Assembly (NCBI RefSeq): GCF_001194135.2 | Contig: NC_068994.1 | Span: forward strand, 3,882,793 to 3,946,792 | Reading direction: 5' to 3' | DNA from: Octopus bimaculoides | Lineage: Eukaryota | Length of the DNA: 64,000 nt | Shown here: positions 36,641 through 50,400 of the stretch, piece by piece | Layout of the letters: every line of letters begins with the position of its first letter | Position numbering within the stretch: position 1 is the first letter of the stretch | Position numbers and translations under genes: made by a program | The notes under the pieces: generated by a model | The model's input: the letters and a program-made list of their open reading frames with translations, nothing else | Database searches by the model: none | What the model was told of the DNA's origin: nothing

Positions 36641-38564
36641 TCTACTATCACAGACACAAAGACTCACACACATAGATATATATATGTATATGACAGGCTT
36701 CTTTCAGTTTCCATCTACCAAACCCATTCACAAGGCTTTGGTCGACCTGAGGCTATGGTAGAAGACACTTGTCCAACGTGCCATGCAGTGGGATTGATAT
36801 ATACATATATACTATATTATGTGTGGAATATTGAAACTTGAAGCAGATAAAGCTATAAATAACAGAATGTAATGGTAAGAGTTGAATTCTGCATGTGGAT
36901 AGAGTTTATTCAAACCATTTATCTCACAGCTCCTGTTTCCAGCCATTTTGGTCTTCAGGTGAGAACTCATTTCTCACCTGAAACTCTGAGTCATACCTTA
37001 GAGAAATCACAGCTTTACACCAAATACTTACTTTGGTAGCTCTCAGCTCTAGTTCTCAGGGCAGCTTGTGGCCCTCAAACATCCTTCTGTTGGTCCCCAA
37101 CGGTCTCACCTCTATAAATATAATGAAATTTTCTTTAATCAACTTGTGTTGTACTCTTTTGGGTGCAGCCCCCTAAAAAGACATCCAGTCTTTGGGACCT
37201 GGCCCTCATACTGAAAATGGTGGGAGCCACTGATTTTACACTGTGCTCTTCTATTGAGTATTTGTAGAGTTTGCTTGAAGAATTTCATGTACATGTGTGT
37301 GGGTGTGTGTTGTGTGCATGTGTGTGTGTATGTATGGATGTGTGTGTCTATGTACTTGTGTGTGTGTGTGTATGTATGGATGTGTGTGTCTATGTACTTA
37401 TGTGTGTGTGTATGCATGGATGTATATGTCTATGTACTTGTGTATGTGTGTGTTTATGTGTGCTTATATGTGTGTATAAGTATACATGTTTGGGTGTTGT
37501 CTGTGCATGCGTGCATGCATATGTGTGCATGTAGATGTGTATATGTGTTTGCATGTGGCTGTATGTTTGGGTGTGTCTGTTCATGTGTGTAAGTGTGCGT
37601 TAATGCTTGCATGTTTGTGTGCGTGTGTGTGTGTATGAGTGTGTGCAAGAGAGAAAGAGGAAAAGAAAGACAAGGGTAGCTAGCTGACTAAAGAAACCAC
37701 CCAAAGACGTTGCCTCACGCACACGCACACACACACACACACACACAGATAGGCAGGCTGTCGGCCATACAGTGAGACAGTGTGGTAAACATAATGGAAA
37801 AGCAACAGAGGTGGAGATTGAATACCTAGAGTCGACCTACTTTACTTCAAGTAGTGGGGTACCTTAATGGGGTGTGTGCGTGTGTGTGTGTGTGTATATA
37901 TGTGTGTGCGTGTGTTTAAATGAGTATGTGAGCCTGTGTTGCAGGGGAGGTTGTATGTGTGTATGTGTTTGAATGAGTGTGTGTTGCGNNNNNNNNNNNN
38001 NNNNNNNGGGGGGGGGGGGGTTGTATGCATGTGTGTGTGTGTGTGTGTATATATATCGGTGTGTCAATTTGTATATCTGTGTATATGTATGTGTCTTTAA
38101 GTGTGTGTGTGTATGAGAAGGAGTTTGTGTGTGTATCTCTGTGTGTATATGTCTGTGTCAGTGTGTGTGTTTGTGTATGTGTGTGTGTGCGTGTGTGTGT
38201 CTTTGTTCAAGTCTGTTTTCTCCTTGTTTGTAACTCAATGTTTGCGGAGCACACACATTGGCACAGATGTGAATGGGTGTGTCTGTTTATATTTGTCAGT
38301 GTGTGCGTGTGTGTGTGTATAGCTGTGACTACAATTAAACATACATGTACGTCCACATGCAGAAACGCATACATATATAGATACATATGTATGCATGCTT
38401 GTTTGTGTATGTGTGTGTCTGTACTTCCATACACACATAAACATACATTTGTCTACATGAGAAAGCAATTGGTAAAACAGTGATGATGATAATGATGGTG
38501 GTGGGGGTGCAGTACAGGATATCAATGTTTATGTCTTCATATATATGTGTGTGTGTGTGTGTAT

Positions 38565-38915
38565 CATCATCATCATCATTTAACGTCCATTGTCCATGCT
38601 AGCATGGGTCGGATGGTTTGACTAGGGCTGGCAAGCTGAAAGGCTGCACCAGACTCCAGTCTGATTTGGCATAAACACACCAACATCAGTTGCCAAGCAA
38701 CGGTGGGAGGACCAACACAGACACATACTGACACCCCCCCACACACACATATATACGACGGGCTTCTTTCAGTTTCCATCTACCAAATGCACTCACAAGG
38801 CTTTGATTGGCCTGGGGCTATAGTAGAAAACACTTGCCCAAGGTGCCACACAGTAGGACTGAACCTGGAGTCATGTAGTTGGTGAGCAAGCTACTAACCA
38901 CAGAGCCACTCCCAC
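38565..38915 (-). mobile_element. RTE tail plus SINE-A copy
   Basis: (ATC)n TTTAACGTCC..CCATGCTAGCATGGG, then GGGCTTCTTTCAGTTTCC...TAACCACAGAGCCACTCC. Confidence 0.8.
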
Positions 38916-39448
38916 ACCTAGATCGTTTTTTTAAAAAATGTTTTTGTTCTTGATTTTTTTTTATATACCCAATATTCCAATCATTATTGCTTTTCTTTTC
39001 ATTCTCTACATTCTGCTTATTCCAGTCTCAAGGTCCTTGCATCCGGTTTGTCTCTTTACCGTTTCCCAGACAATATTTGGATCAGAAGATTTCATGGTGT
39101 CCATCAGATTGCAGAAAATCTCAGTTTTTTTTCTGTCTTTGGTTAATTTTCTGGTCAGTTAGCCTTGATCTGCAGTTCATTTCCAGTGTTCCATGAAAAC
39201 ACGTGCAGTTCAGGGCAAATGTTGCCTTGCTTGGAAAGGGTTGGCAACAGGAAGAGCATTAGTCTATAGAAAAACTTGCTTCAATGAATTCTGTCTGGCT
39301 GCTGCTGCTGCTGATGATGATGATGATGACGACACAGTTTGGTTTCACTTAATTGAATTGCACAAGTAGTAATTGCATAATATTCAGTTAATTGCATAAA
39401 CAAATACACAAAATTTCAACTTAATTGCATAAAGTATANNNNNNNNNN

Positions 39449-40400
39449 GTTTTTGTTTTTGGTAATTTTGGGTAAAAAAAAAATGGTGAAAACCATTTGT
39501 GAAACAGCCTGTTTCTTTTTTCTTTTTGAGTAATTCCTAAAGCTTCCATCTTCCATCTTCCTGATGATTTAATGTGATAGTAGTTACCACTTCATACTTA
39601 CAAACAACCAATATCAAAGGAATTATATGTGTCCATATTATTCTTACCATTCCAATGAATTAAAGACACCAGTGTTTGGATTCTAGTTGAAATTTTTTTC
39701 ATCTTAGCTTTAATGGTGTCATAAAATTTGTCTACAAAATCACTAAAAAAATAGTTTTTAATCAAAATCAATTGGTGAACGGACTCTGTGGTGTTATTTT
39801 CAGCCTGTGATTGGTGTAATTAAATTTTTATTAAACAACATCACCTTCGTTTTAATGCAAAGTGTATAAAAAAATCATTGGCTGAACACACAAACCCGAT
39901 TAAGGTTTGGTAATTAAAGAATACAGAAGGTAATTGAAACAACTCATTAAAGATAAGTCTGATAATAGAAATAGTAATCTTGTGCCTTGGGAAGGCCATT
40001 AAATCAAGAAAAATAACACATGCACTGGTTCAATATCACTTCTTTGTTATTAGCCAATTAGTTAAATATCTAACAAACTAACTAATCAATTGGTTGTTTG
40101 TTAGTCAAAGTTCTTTTGTCACTATTCATGAACTTCTTGGGGATTTGGCCTAAATTAATAATCATTATAACAACAACAATCATCAGTGTCATCATCATGA
40201 ACATCATCATCATCATCGTCATCATCATTGTTGTTGTCGTCATCATCATTATCTTCAACATCATCATCATCATCAGCAGCAGTAGCAGCAGATGAGGAGG
40301 AGGGAGAGCAGGGAGGAATAGAGGGTATGGAGCGAGATGAGGGGAGAGGGGGAGGGGAGAGGGGGAGAGGGAGAGATGATGGGAGACGGAGAGAGATGAG

Positions 40401-40442
<42 letters not shown>

Positions 40443-41117
40443 CCAACTTTTGGCTGGTATTCTTTTTTCAGCAGAGTGTCTTGGTGCAATTCTGAAATAA
40501 AGTGTCTTGACCAAGGACACAACACATGCTGCTTAGTCCAGGAGCTGAACCTATGATCACACAGTCGTGAGCACAGTGCCCTAACTACTAGGCCACAAGC
40601 CTTCAGCTCCCTCCCCAACACATTACTTGAAGCATCCAGTATGTTTTGTGCTAAGCAGTGTGAAATTGCTAAAATAAAAGCAAGAAAAATATCTCTCTTA
40701 TATGTTGGAAAAAATTCCCTTTCTGATAATAAAATATTTTTCCTTCTCATGCATCAATTTCATTCATCTTTTTATTTAAAAAAATAAAATCTTCTTTTTC
40801 TGTATTAGATCATTAAATCTCAGATTTGAAATTATATTTATATTGATTTGCGTTTTTTTCTTTTAAAGAAAAGTTTCCACCTCAACTGAGATTTATTTTA
40901 ACTCAATGAATACAAATCTAGAAGAATCTTACATGGTGAGGTGCAGGTGTGGCTGTGTGGTAATAAGCTTGCTTACCAACCACATGCTTCTGGGTTCAGT
41001 CCCACAGTGCAGTACCTTTGGCAAGCGTCTTCTATTTACTATAGCCTTGAGTCAACTAGGGCCTTGTAAGTGGATTTAGTGAAGGGAAACTGAAAGAAAT
41101 CCATCATATATATATAT

Positions 41118-41199
<82 letters not shown>

Positions 41200-41664
41200 G
41201 AGAATGTATATATATATATATATACATATATACACACACACACATATATATAATAATATAAATAATATATATATATGCTGCCAGATCAGACTGAAGCCTA
41301 GTGCAGCGATCTGGTTCGCCAGTCCTCAGTCAAATTGTCCAACCCATGCTAGCATGGAAGGCGGATGTAAAATGATGATGATGATGATGCATAGATACAT
41401 ACATATATGTACATACTTACATATATATGTATATGTTTATTTTTGTATGCTTCTATTTTATTTATATTTGAAGAGTTTTTTTCCTTTGTTTTTTATTTTT
41501 ATTTTTAATTGCAAAGTGTTTGATGATATCGTTAAAATTTATTTTAGGTAATACTTCTACATCTATACTTCGTAGAGATAAAGGCATCCCGAATATTATT
41601 TTAGCAAGTTTAAAATGAATTCTTTTGTGCAGTAAACCATTTACCATTTCTGTAGTGCCCCTTC
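39449..41664 (-). CDS. Candidate spliced gene fragment, unknown product. Exons 41664-41645 (partial, runs into gap), 40668-40627, 39881-39845, 39742-39648, 39560 to <=39449
   Basis: GT-AG boundaries with compatible phases (1,1,2,1) give one open frame KGHYRNAISHCLAQNILDASTNDFFIHFALKRSDFVDKFYDTIKAKMKKISTRIQTLVSLIHWNGRWKMEALGITQKEKRNRLFHKWFSP... Introns of 976, 745, 102 and 87 nt. No homolog recognised. Confidence 0.4.
40160..40440. repeat. Degenerate (ATC)n followed by a (GGA/GA)n tract
   Basis: Direct inspection. Confidence 0.9.
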
Positions 41665-42241
41665 NNNNNNNNNNNNNNNNNNNNNNNNNNNNNNNNNNNN
41701 NNNNNNNNNNNNNNNNNNNNNNNNNNNNNNNNNNNNNNNNNNNNNNNNNNNNNNNNNNNNNNNNNNNNNNNNNNNNNNNNNNNNNNNNNNNNNNNNNNNN
41801 NNNNNNNNNNNNNNNNNNNNNNNNNNNNNNNNNNNNNNNNNNNNNNNNNNNNNNNNNNNNNNNNNNNNNNNNNNNNNNNNNNNNNNNNNNNNNNNNNNNN
41901 NNNNNNNNNNNNNNNNNNNNNNNNNNNNNNNNNNNNNNNNNNNNNNNNNNNNNNNNNNNNNNNNNNNNNNNNNNNNNNNNNNNNNNNNNNNNNNNNNNNN
42001 NNNNNNNNNNNNNNNNNNNNNNNNNNNNNNNNNNNNNNNNNNNNNNNNNNNNNNNNNNNNNNNNNNNNNNNNNNNNNNNNNNNNNNNNNNNNNNNNNNNN
42101 NNNNNNNNNNNNNNNNNNNNNNNNNNNNNNNNNNNNNNNNNNNNNNNNNNNNNNNNNNNNNNNNNNNNNNNNNNNNNNNNNNNNNNNNNNNNNNNNNNNN
42201 NNNNNNNNNNNNNNNNNNNNNNNNNNNNNNNNNNNNNNNNN
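41665..42241. other. Assembly gap (others: about 307-316, 969-1306, 3941-3950, 8507-8830, 36258-36338, 37989-38007, 39439-39448, 43578-43836, 47420-47768, 54824-55400)
   Basis: Runs of N. Confidence 1.
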
Positions 42242-43836
42242 TTTATCGACCTCGAAAGGATGAAAGGCAAAGTCGACCTCGGTGGAATTTGAACTCAGAA
42301 CACAAAGACATGAAATACTGCTAAGCATTTCGCCCGGTGTGCTAACGATTCTGCTGTGTGTATCATTGATATTGGTTCAGAACTAATCTGATCTAAAGAG
42401 ACCTGATTTTATTGATTTTCATTTCATCCATCTGTTTGTTCTGGTCTCAGATGCCCATGTCGGACATGTTAGCTCTAACAAATCGTGGGTCTTTTCTCCA
42501 TCTGAATATTTCACCAATAAACTTTGTAATTCAAAAATGTCTATAAACATACACATATATCTACACATACGTATAGGGTTGCTTTATAAATTGTCGCACA
42601 GGCATAAAAGTGCTCAGCACCCTCTTTCAACGTGTGTATGTATGTATATGAGGGTATATAGTAACCCGTACCACACATAAATCCCAAGCTACTCGTTTCC
42701 TATCATCTTAGTTACCAGTCATACACATACATATTTTTTATATGTACACACATACACACACACACATACATATACACACATGCACATACATACATACATA
42801 AATACATATACACATTCACACATACAAATATATGAATGCATGCATGTATATATGTATATATATATGAATATGTATGAACTTATATATGCAAACATGAACA
42901 CAGAAACATACATACGCACACAGATATTTGTGTGTGTGTATATATACACTGTTTAACCCACTATCGTTTTCAATATATATATATATACACACACACACAC
43001 ATATATATATATATACACACACATATACTCTATTCACAGACATACAGATATTTGCACCCACACAAACACCACTACCAAACCCACCACCACCACCACCACT
43101 GCTACCATTACTACCCACATATGCATACATACACTTACCTACTTCTTGGTACATATAACATTACTCAAACATGCTATTATGGTTGAGCTACAAACTCACC
43201 CTCTCTCTATACACACACACTCATACACATATGATACATACATATACACATACATATATGCATTTACAAATATGAAGAACATTTGTATAAATATATATCT
43301 TTCTGGTATAAGTACACATACACACACATACACACATATATATATAGATAGATATACACACTTGTACACACATCTATTTGTATAAATACACTCACAGACA
43401 CACATCTCTGTGAATATATAAATTATGTGTGAGAGCATACGTACAAACATAGATGTGTGTGAGTGCGTGTTTGAATGCGTGTATAGAATAGTGTATGTGT
43501 GTATGCGTGCGTGTGCGTGTGGCTGGTGGCGTGTGGTGTGTAGATATTTAATAGCAGAATGAAGTATGCGCCTGACANNNNNNNNNNNNNNNNNNNNNNN
43601 NNNNNNNNNNNNNNNNNNNNNNNNNNNNNNNNNNNNNNNNNNNNNNNNNNNNNNNNNNNNNNNNNNNNNNNNNNNNNNNNNNNNNNNNNNNNNNNNNNNN
43701 NNNNNNNNNNNNNNNNNNNNNNNNNNNNNNNNNNNNNNNNNNNNNNNNNNNNNNNNNNNNNNNNNNNNNNNNNNNNNNNNNNNNNNNNNNNNNNNNNNNN
43801 NNNNNNNNNNNNNNNNNNNNNNNNNNNNNNNNNNNN

Positions 43837-43869
<33 letters not shown>

Positions 43870-44720
43870 TTGTGCACTCATAGATATATACATACACACA
43901 TATATATAGTGAGATATCTATCTATCTATCTATCTATCTATAATGTGAATCAATACACACACACACACATATATCCATGTAAATATATTAATATATATAT
44001 ATATCCACACATATATCCATATATATAAATATATATCCATATATATAAAAATATAAATATATTAATATATATATATACACACATATATATATCCATATAT
44101 ATATATATATACATATATGTATATATACATATATGTATATACATATATATATATACATATATATGTACATATATGTATACACAAATATGTATATATATAT
44201 GTGTGTGTGTGTGTGTATACATATATATAATTATATATACGTATGTATATATCCATATATATGTATATATATGGGTAGATACAAAAAGAAATGAGAGTAG
44301 TATATATTTACATATTGCGGACGCGCGCGCACACATACACACACATACGTCAAATATTCTCAGCGAGGTATCCCCATGATCGTACATCCACCGACAGCCC
44401 TTCTCTCTCTCTCTCACTCTCTCTAATGTTATGATACATACGTACATAGGGACATAAAACTCAATTTAATTGCAGGTACACACACGAAGAAATATATATA
44501 TATATACATACGCTATTAAAGATATACACAGCACTATCTTTTATATGTGTGTGTGCGCGTGTACATACATACATACATATACATACATATATATACACAC
44601 ACACACATATCTATATACACACACACATTTGTCTATATATCCATTTACCTGTCTGTGTATGTATATATATGCTTGTGTCTATGTGTGTGCGTTTGTGGGT
44701 GTATGTATGTGCTTATATAC

Positions 44721-44759
<39 letters not shown>

Positions 44760-45372
44760 GATACCTATAAACAGAATCATGTGATATATACATATATATG
44801 CGTCGTGTGTGTGAGAAAAGTGGATATATATACATATATAGAGATAGGTTGATAGATATATAGATAGATATATAGATAAATAGCTATAGACATGTCTAAA
44901 TATATATGTATATATATATGTATGTGTGTGTGTGTATGTGTGTGGACTTGTGTGTGCTCATATGTATGTATGTGTATGTTTCTAGCCACACACTAACCCG
45001 TACACATATGGCAACTATTATACATTGCCATCATACTGTAAAGTGGAAAGGCTTACATGGCGTTATATACACACGCACATATACACACACAGCAATATAT
45101 CTACATACAATTGGGACAAGCTGTCTTCTGCTTGTCATCACTTACACAACACATTTCGTACAAAATGCAATTTTAAAAAAAAGAGATACATACATATATA
45201 TACACACATATATATATATATGTATATGTGTGTGTTTGTGTGTATATGTATACATATGTGTGTGCGTGTATATATATTTATACGTATGTATGTATCTATC
45301 ATCTAAATCTATACACACACACATGCACATTGTAATGATTAAATTATCTTTATGTATATACGTGTGTATCTA

Positions 45373-45418
<46 letters not shown>

Positions 45419-45999
45419 GTGTGTATGTGTAGGTGTATGTATGTATGTATGTATTAAAATTGAAGATACACACCAGCACATGCGTGTACATAAATTTGTG
45501 TATATATATTAGTGCACCTTTAATGTATGGGCACATTTTTTGCGAAGTTAAATTACACACGCAACCGACACACACTCACATACACACGTATATCCATATA
45601 TAAAACGAAGTCTATATGCGTGATTTTATATATGTATATATATGTGTGTGTATGTATGTGTTTGTGTGTTAACGCGCCATTTCCACTTGTATGTTCTATT
45701 ATCAAACTTTCAAAACCTCTTTCAAACACATAATATATCTAAAACCAAAATCAATAACTAATAAAGAATGTAGTTAAATCTCTTAATTTATTGTTAAAAT
45801 CTGATCTGGCTCATTTCTAGACGCATGCATCTTACCTGTAATTATCTTTATGTCGTATCTATCTATCTATCTATCTCTCTATTTGTCTGTCTGTCTGTCT
45901 ATTTGTCTGCTGTCTGTCTATATACTTGTGTCATTCTTATTTCCCGCCAGTCTTTATCTGTTAATCTATCACTTTCACACACCTGCACAAATACACCCG

Positions 46000-46035
<36 letters not shown>

Positions 46036-46333
46036 CCATTCATAAATGCCCACGAATTCTCTCACCCTCTTTCTTACATACACACACACATATATATACG
46101 CATATACATACATATATATATATATACATATATACATACATATATATATATATACATATATACATACATATATATATATATACATACATATATATATATA
46201 CATATATACATACATATATGTATATACATATATACATACATATATATATATATACATATATACATACATATATATACATATATACATACATACATATATA
46301 TACATATATACATACATACATATATATACATAT

Positions 46334-46376
<43 letters not shown>

Positions 46377-46919
46377 TATACATCTGTATGTCAAAAGTTT
46401 CTGTCAGGTTAAACAAGTATCAACAGTGAGCTAAATGGCCAGACAGTAGGTACGCTAGAAATAGCAGCCAAGTGTTCCTGATAGCACATCCTATATAAAC
46501 AACACGTTATCTTGAACCTAAGCAACACGCTCTGTCCGAAGCAGAAGGTACGAGACAGTCACGGCTCGAAGGCTTCTGATCGATACTTCAACAAAAACAT
46601 GATTTAAGTACAAAACATTCATCCCCCACTTCATTTTATCCCTCCCCCACCAACTGTTGTGACTTGAAAAACAACTGAAAGGTTTTCCACAGTAAACAAA
46701 CGGGGAGATAAGCGAAGGACCCGCCAGAAAGGACCGACTCCATCCAACACACAACACATAAACCATCACCCTCTGCCAGTATTTCGATCTCTAATCGAAT
46801 AAATCTGTGCAAAATAACCCCAATTAGCCGTCCCGTATTGACACAATCAATCATCTCGGTCTCAGAAATTCAACTACTTCTTACAACTCGACCCCCATTA
46901 TTAGGTTATTCTTTCACAG

Positions 46920-46981
46920 GGGGATCTCTTTCTCTATGCACCGGTTCCTCATCTGTCTGTGTGTCTGCCTGTGTCGGTAAT
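46920..46981 (+). other. Candidate non-coding exon, possibly ZNF-B 5'UTR
   Basis: Acceptor TTATTCTTTCACAG| (46919) and donor AAT|GTAAGT (46982) in unique CpG-rich sequence. Other plus-strand donors at 48790 (AAG|GTAAGC) and 49458 (GAG|GTAAGG). Confidence 0.2.
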
Positions 46982-47379
46982 GTAAGTTTCTCTCGCTGGT
47001 CTTTCTTGTTGTTTTTTCACATCCAAAATCCCGCATGCTTTCCTTTAGATTCCTGCTCACGACCTTCTTGTTATGAAATCCGCCCTTTTTCAATGTTGTT
47101 TCGTGAAAACCCGTCCGTGTTTCTCCCCCCTTTCCATCTTCACTTTCTTTATCTATCTATTCCTCTCTCTCTCTCTGTCGGTGTGACATGTCCTGCACGT
47201 CTTAACCACACCCCACATCACCTCCTCTACATTGCACTGACTGCTAGATGTACTTTTATATACATATATAACCATGTACATCTATGTAGAAGACTATATA
47301 TACACTGTATGCTATACCTGCAGACATATTCAACCATACACACACACATTTCAGTAATCGCCTATTTATGTCTATTTAA

Positions 47380-47419
<40 letters not shown>

Positions 47420-50400
47420 NNNNNNNNNNNNNNNNNNNNNNNNNNNNNNNNNNNNNNNNNNNNNNNNNNNNNNNNNNNNNNNNNNNNNNNNNNNNNNNNN
47501 NNNNNNNNNNNNNNNNNNNNNNNNNNNNNNNNNNNNNNNNNNNNNNNNNNNNNNNNNNNNNNNNNNNNNNNNNNNNNNNNNNNNNNNNNNNNNNNNNNNN
47601 NNNNNNNNNNNNNNNNNNNNNNNNNNNNNNNNNNNNNNNNNNNNNNNNNNNNNNNNNNNNNNNNNNNNNNNNNNNNNNNNNNNNNNNNNNNNNNNNNNNN
47701 NNNNNNNNNNNNNNNNNNNNNNNNNNNNNNNNNNNNNNNNNNNNNNNNNNNNNNNNNNNNNNNNNNNNATATATAAATATGTATGTATATGATTTCTTAC
47801 GTAGGAGACGACGGTTGGAAACGTTGTTTTGTGTATTGATGTCTATTTTAATTTTTAAATTTATTTTGAAATTCTATTGTTTACAAATGCGTACGGACAC
47901 ACGGTAACTCTAAAGCTTAAACCGACGCAACCTTTAAAAAACATGAAAAGGAACTTATATATAAATATATATTTATACACATATATGTATTTGATTGGGG
48001 CTGTTTCGGTTTTATTATTCGTTTAGTATCATAACAATAACAATTGTTGAACAAATAAATTTTGTGTGAAAATACTAACACATTTTTTCATTTGACGAGT
48101 TTTAATTTTAGGCGCGAGTAGCTCGTCTCTGACTTTCGGTTTTGAAGGCTAAAATTAAGATTTATATTATCATCTACATATTGGCGATTAGCCCAAGGCT
48201 AGCGTTGATTGAAGGCGCTCCAGCTGTGACTTTCCCAACTATGTGGATATCGGGACTATTTATCCGACGTGTTTTCCCTTTTGCGCAAAACCCTTGAATA
48301 TGATTTGAGGTGGGCATTTAACTGCTATTTCTAACAGATCAAGCAACTACATAGAATCGCTTGATATATGTATGCATGTAATTTAATCCCTAGCCAGCTC
48401 TGATTAATCAGTCCTTTGATCAAAGGCGTTCCATAACTGACCATATTATCTAACGTTTCCTTTCGTTTTTAAACACGGTAGCGTGATTTCAGAGTCATTT
48501 GGCTGCTTTGTTTAGCAAACCGAACGATCTTTATGCCTTTTCGTATCTATAATACAGGGTGCGACAAGAAAGCCGCCCAGATTCACCAACCTTCGCCGCC
48601 TAAAATAAGGGAGTTTTTTTTTTTTCTGCCGTACCCTGTGTTCCGTGTTGTGATTTGAGGGAGCTATTACTACTATTTCGGCGAAGGTGATAAGATTGCC
48701 ACTATTTCTAGCAAACCGAGTGTCCATGTAGAAGCTCGATATTGTATAGAATGGTCATTGTGTTCAGTGTTTGGTGATGTCAGATAAAGGTAAGCTACCT
48801 GGGAGCCAAGCCTGCTGCCTTGTTACCATCCCTGGTTGAAGCCATTTCGTTCTGTTTGCACCAACGAGGCGAAGAACGTGGAATAACGTATTACCACCAC
48901 AACATCTATTGAACTAAGTTAAAATAAAGGACTCAAAAATGCGGTTTAGTTGTTATAAGTTGCCAGTGTTCGTCATTAGACTGCGACCATGCTGGGGCAC
49001 CGCCCTTCTAAGGGTATAATCGATCGCGCTCAGCCGCAGTACCGGTATCACGTAGTTATTAGTTGAGATAGGAAAGACAAAGTAAACTTGGGCCGGATTC
49101 GAACTTCGAACCAACAACACTGGGGTTTATATGTGTGCCTGTATGAGAGAGAGAGAGGTAGATGTGGTATTCTGGTTTTCTGCGCTCTGGGTTCAGATGT
49201 CGCCCAGGTCAGCTTTACTTTCCGTTGTTTCAGGGCTGATAAATAATTTTACCCGTCCAATAATGACTAGATTCTTCTCATTTTTTTTTCCCGCTGTAAT
49301 TAAAAAAGTGCAACCTGGCCGTTACATTTGTTACCTTGGTCCGGCCTAAAGGATGCACTAAGCAGATTGCAAGGCCGGCGGTAGAGAAAAGAAAACTTGC
49401 CATATTTCACGTTTGTCGACCTGTAAAGATGTGGAAGGCTTTCTTCGCCACACAGAGGTAAGGTTGCCGAATGCCTACATAAACAAGGATCTCCTGTAGC
49501 AGGCGGAAGGGTCCAAAGACACGGCATGCTACACCCCCCCCCCATTCATTATCATTTTACGTCAAGTGACTCTTGCGATTAATTAGTCTGAGTTAATTAC
49601 CGTCTATGGTCTATTTCATAGACATTAAACAGCACACCTTTAGAGTTAGTGGTGTGGACATTCGGAGGGAATCCATACGTGTTGTGTAAATAAATGCTTT
49701 ATGAGACAATGGGGGAGCATGTAATTACGCAGACTAATTAAATTGATTTAATTACCGTTTCACTGTTTAATTTTGTAAACAAATAAAACACGGTAATTTT
49801 AGAATTTTGTCAGACATTCGATCGGGTCCTGTCTATTCGTTGCTATGTGGTACCTTTTCGTTTTGTATCGGAGATCAGTATATCTCCAATGCCTATTTTC
49901 ATTCTTTGTATATTATTAAGTGATGCGAGTTTTAATTCGCGGTCAAGTGTTACCATCGCTCTTTGTTTGTTTACATTACTTAAATAATTAAATAATAAAT
50001 AAATATATATGTATATAAAGTTATATAAAGACTAAATAAATATAGATGTATATAAAGTTTACTGTTCCGTTAAGGAGCAGTAAACAAAAAAGTATTCCAT
50101 CCAGTGAGAGATAAATATTTAATATACACAGGTAGCTTGTATATTTGTTCTGTGTACATTAATTGATATATATATATATACCCATCTTTTCTCTGACTTA
50201 TGGTCTCTTGGACGACTCACACACGTATATATATTTATATAGAGTTGCTATAGATTGAGATAAGGCCTTCGTCACCACTCGACGTGTTTGGCTTGAAATT
50301 ACCTTTAACCAGGTATCGAAACCGGTTCGCCGGCAGCTCAGCTCTTCTCTACAAGGTGTTTTATAGGAATATCGATTGTTCTCCAATACTATTTTGGTTG

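Noticed and set aside
38990-39200. Open frame LTRKLTKDRKKTEIFCNLMDT...VWETVKRQTG on the minus strand
   Set aside because: Bounded by stops with no clear splice sites; more like a LINE inter-domain relic than an exon.
40082-40750. 222-aa minus-strand ORF (MRRKNILL...)
   Set aside because: Most of it is SINE, (GA)n and (GAT)n. Only the 42-nt segment 40668-40627 is retained as a candidate exon.
45831-45960. Perfect minus-strand donor CAG|GTAAGA at 45836
   Set aside because: The upstream 'exon' is (GATA)/(GACA) microsatellite with no acceptor or promoter support; cannot be distinguished from chance.
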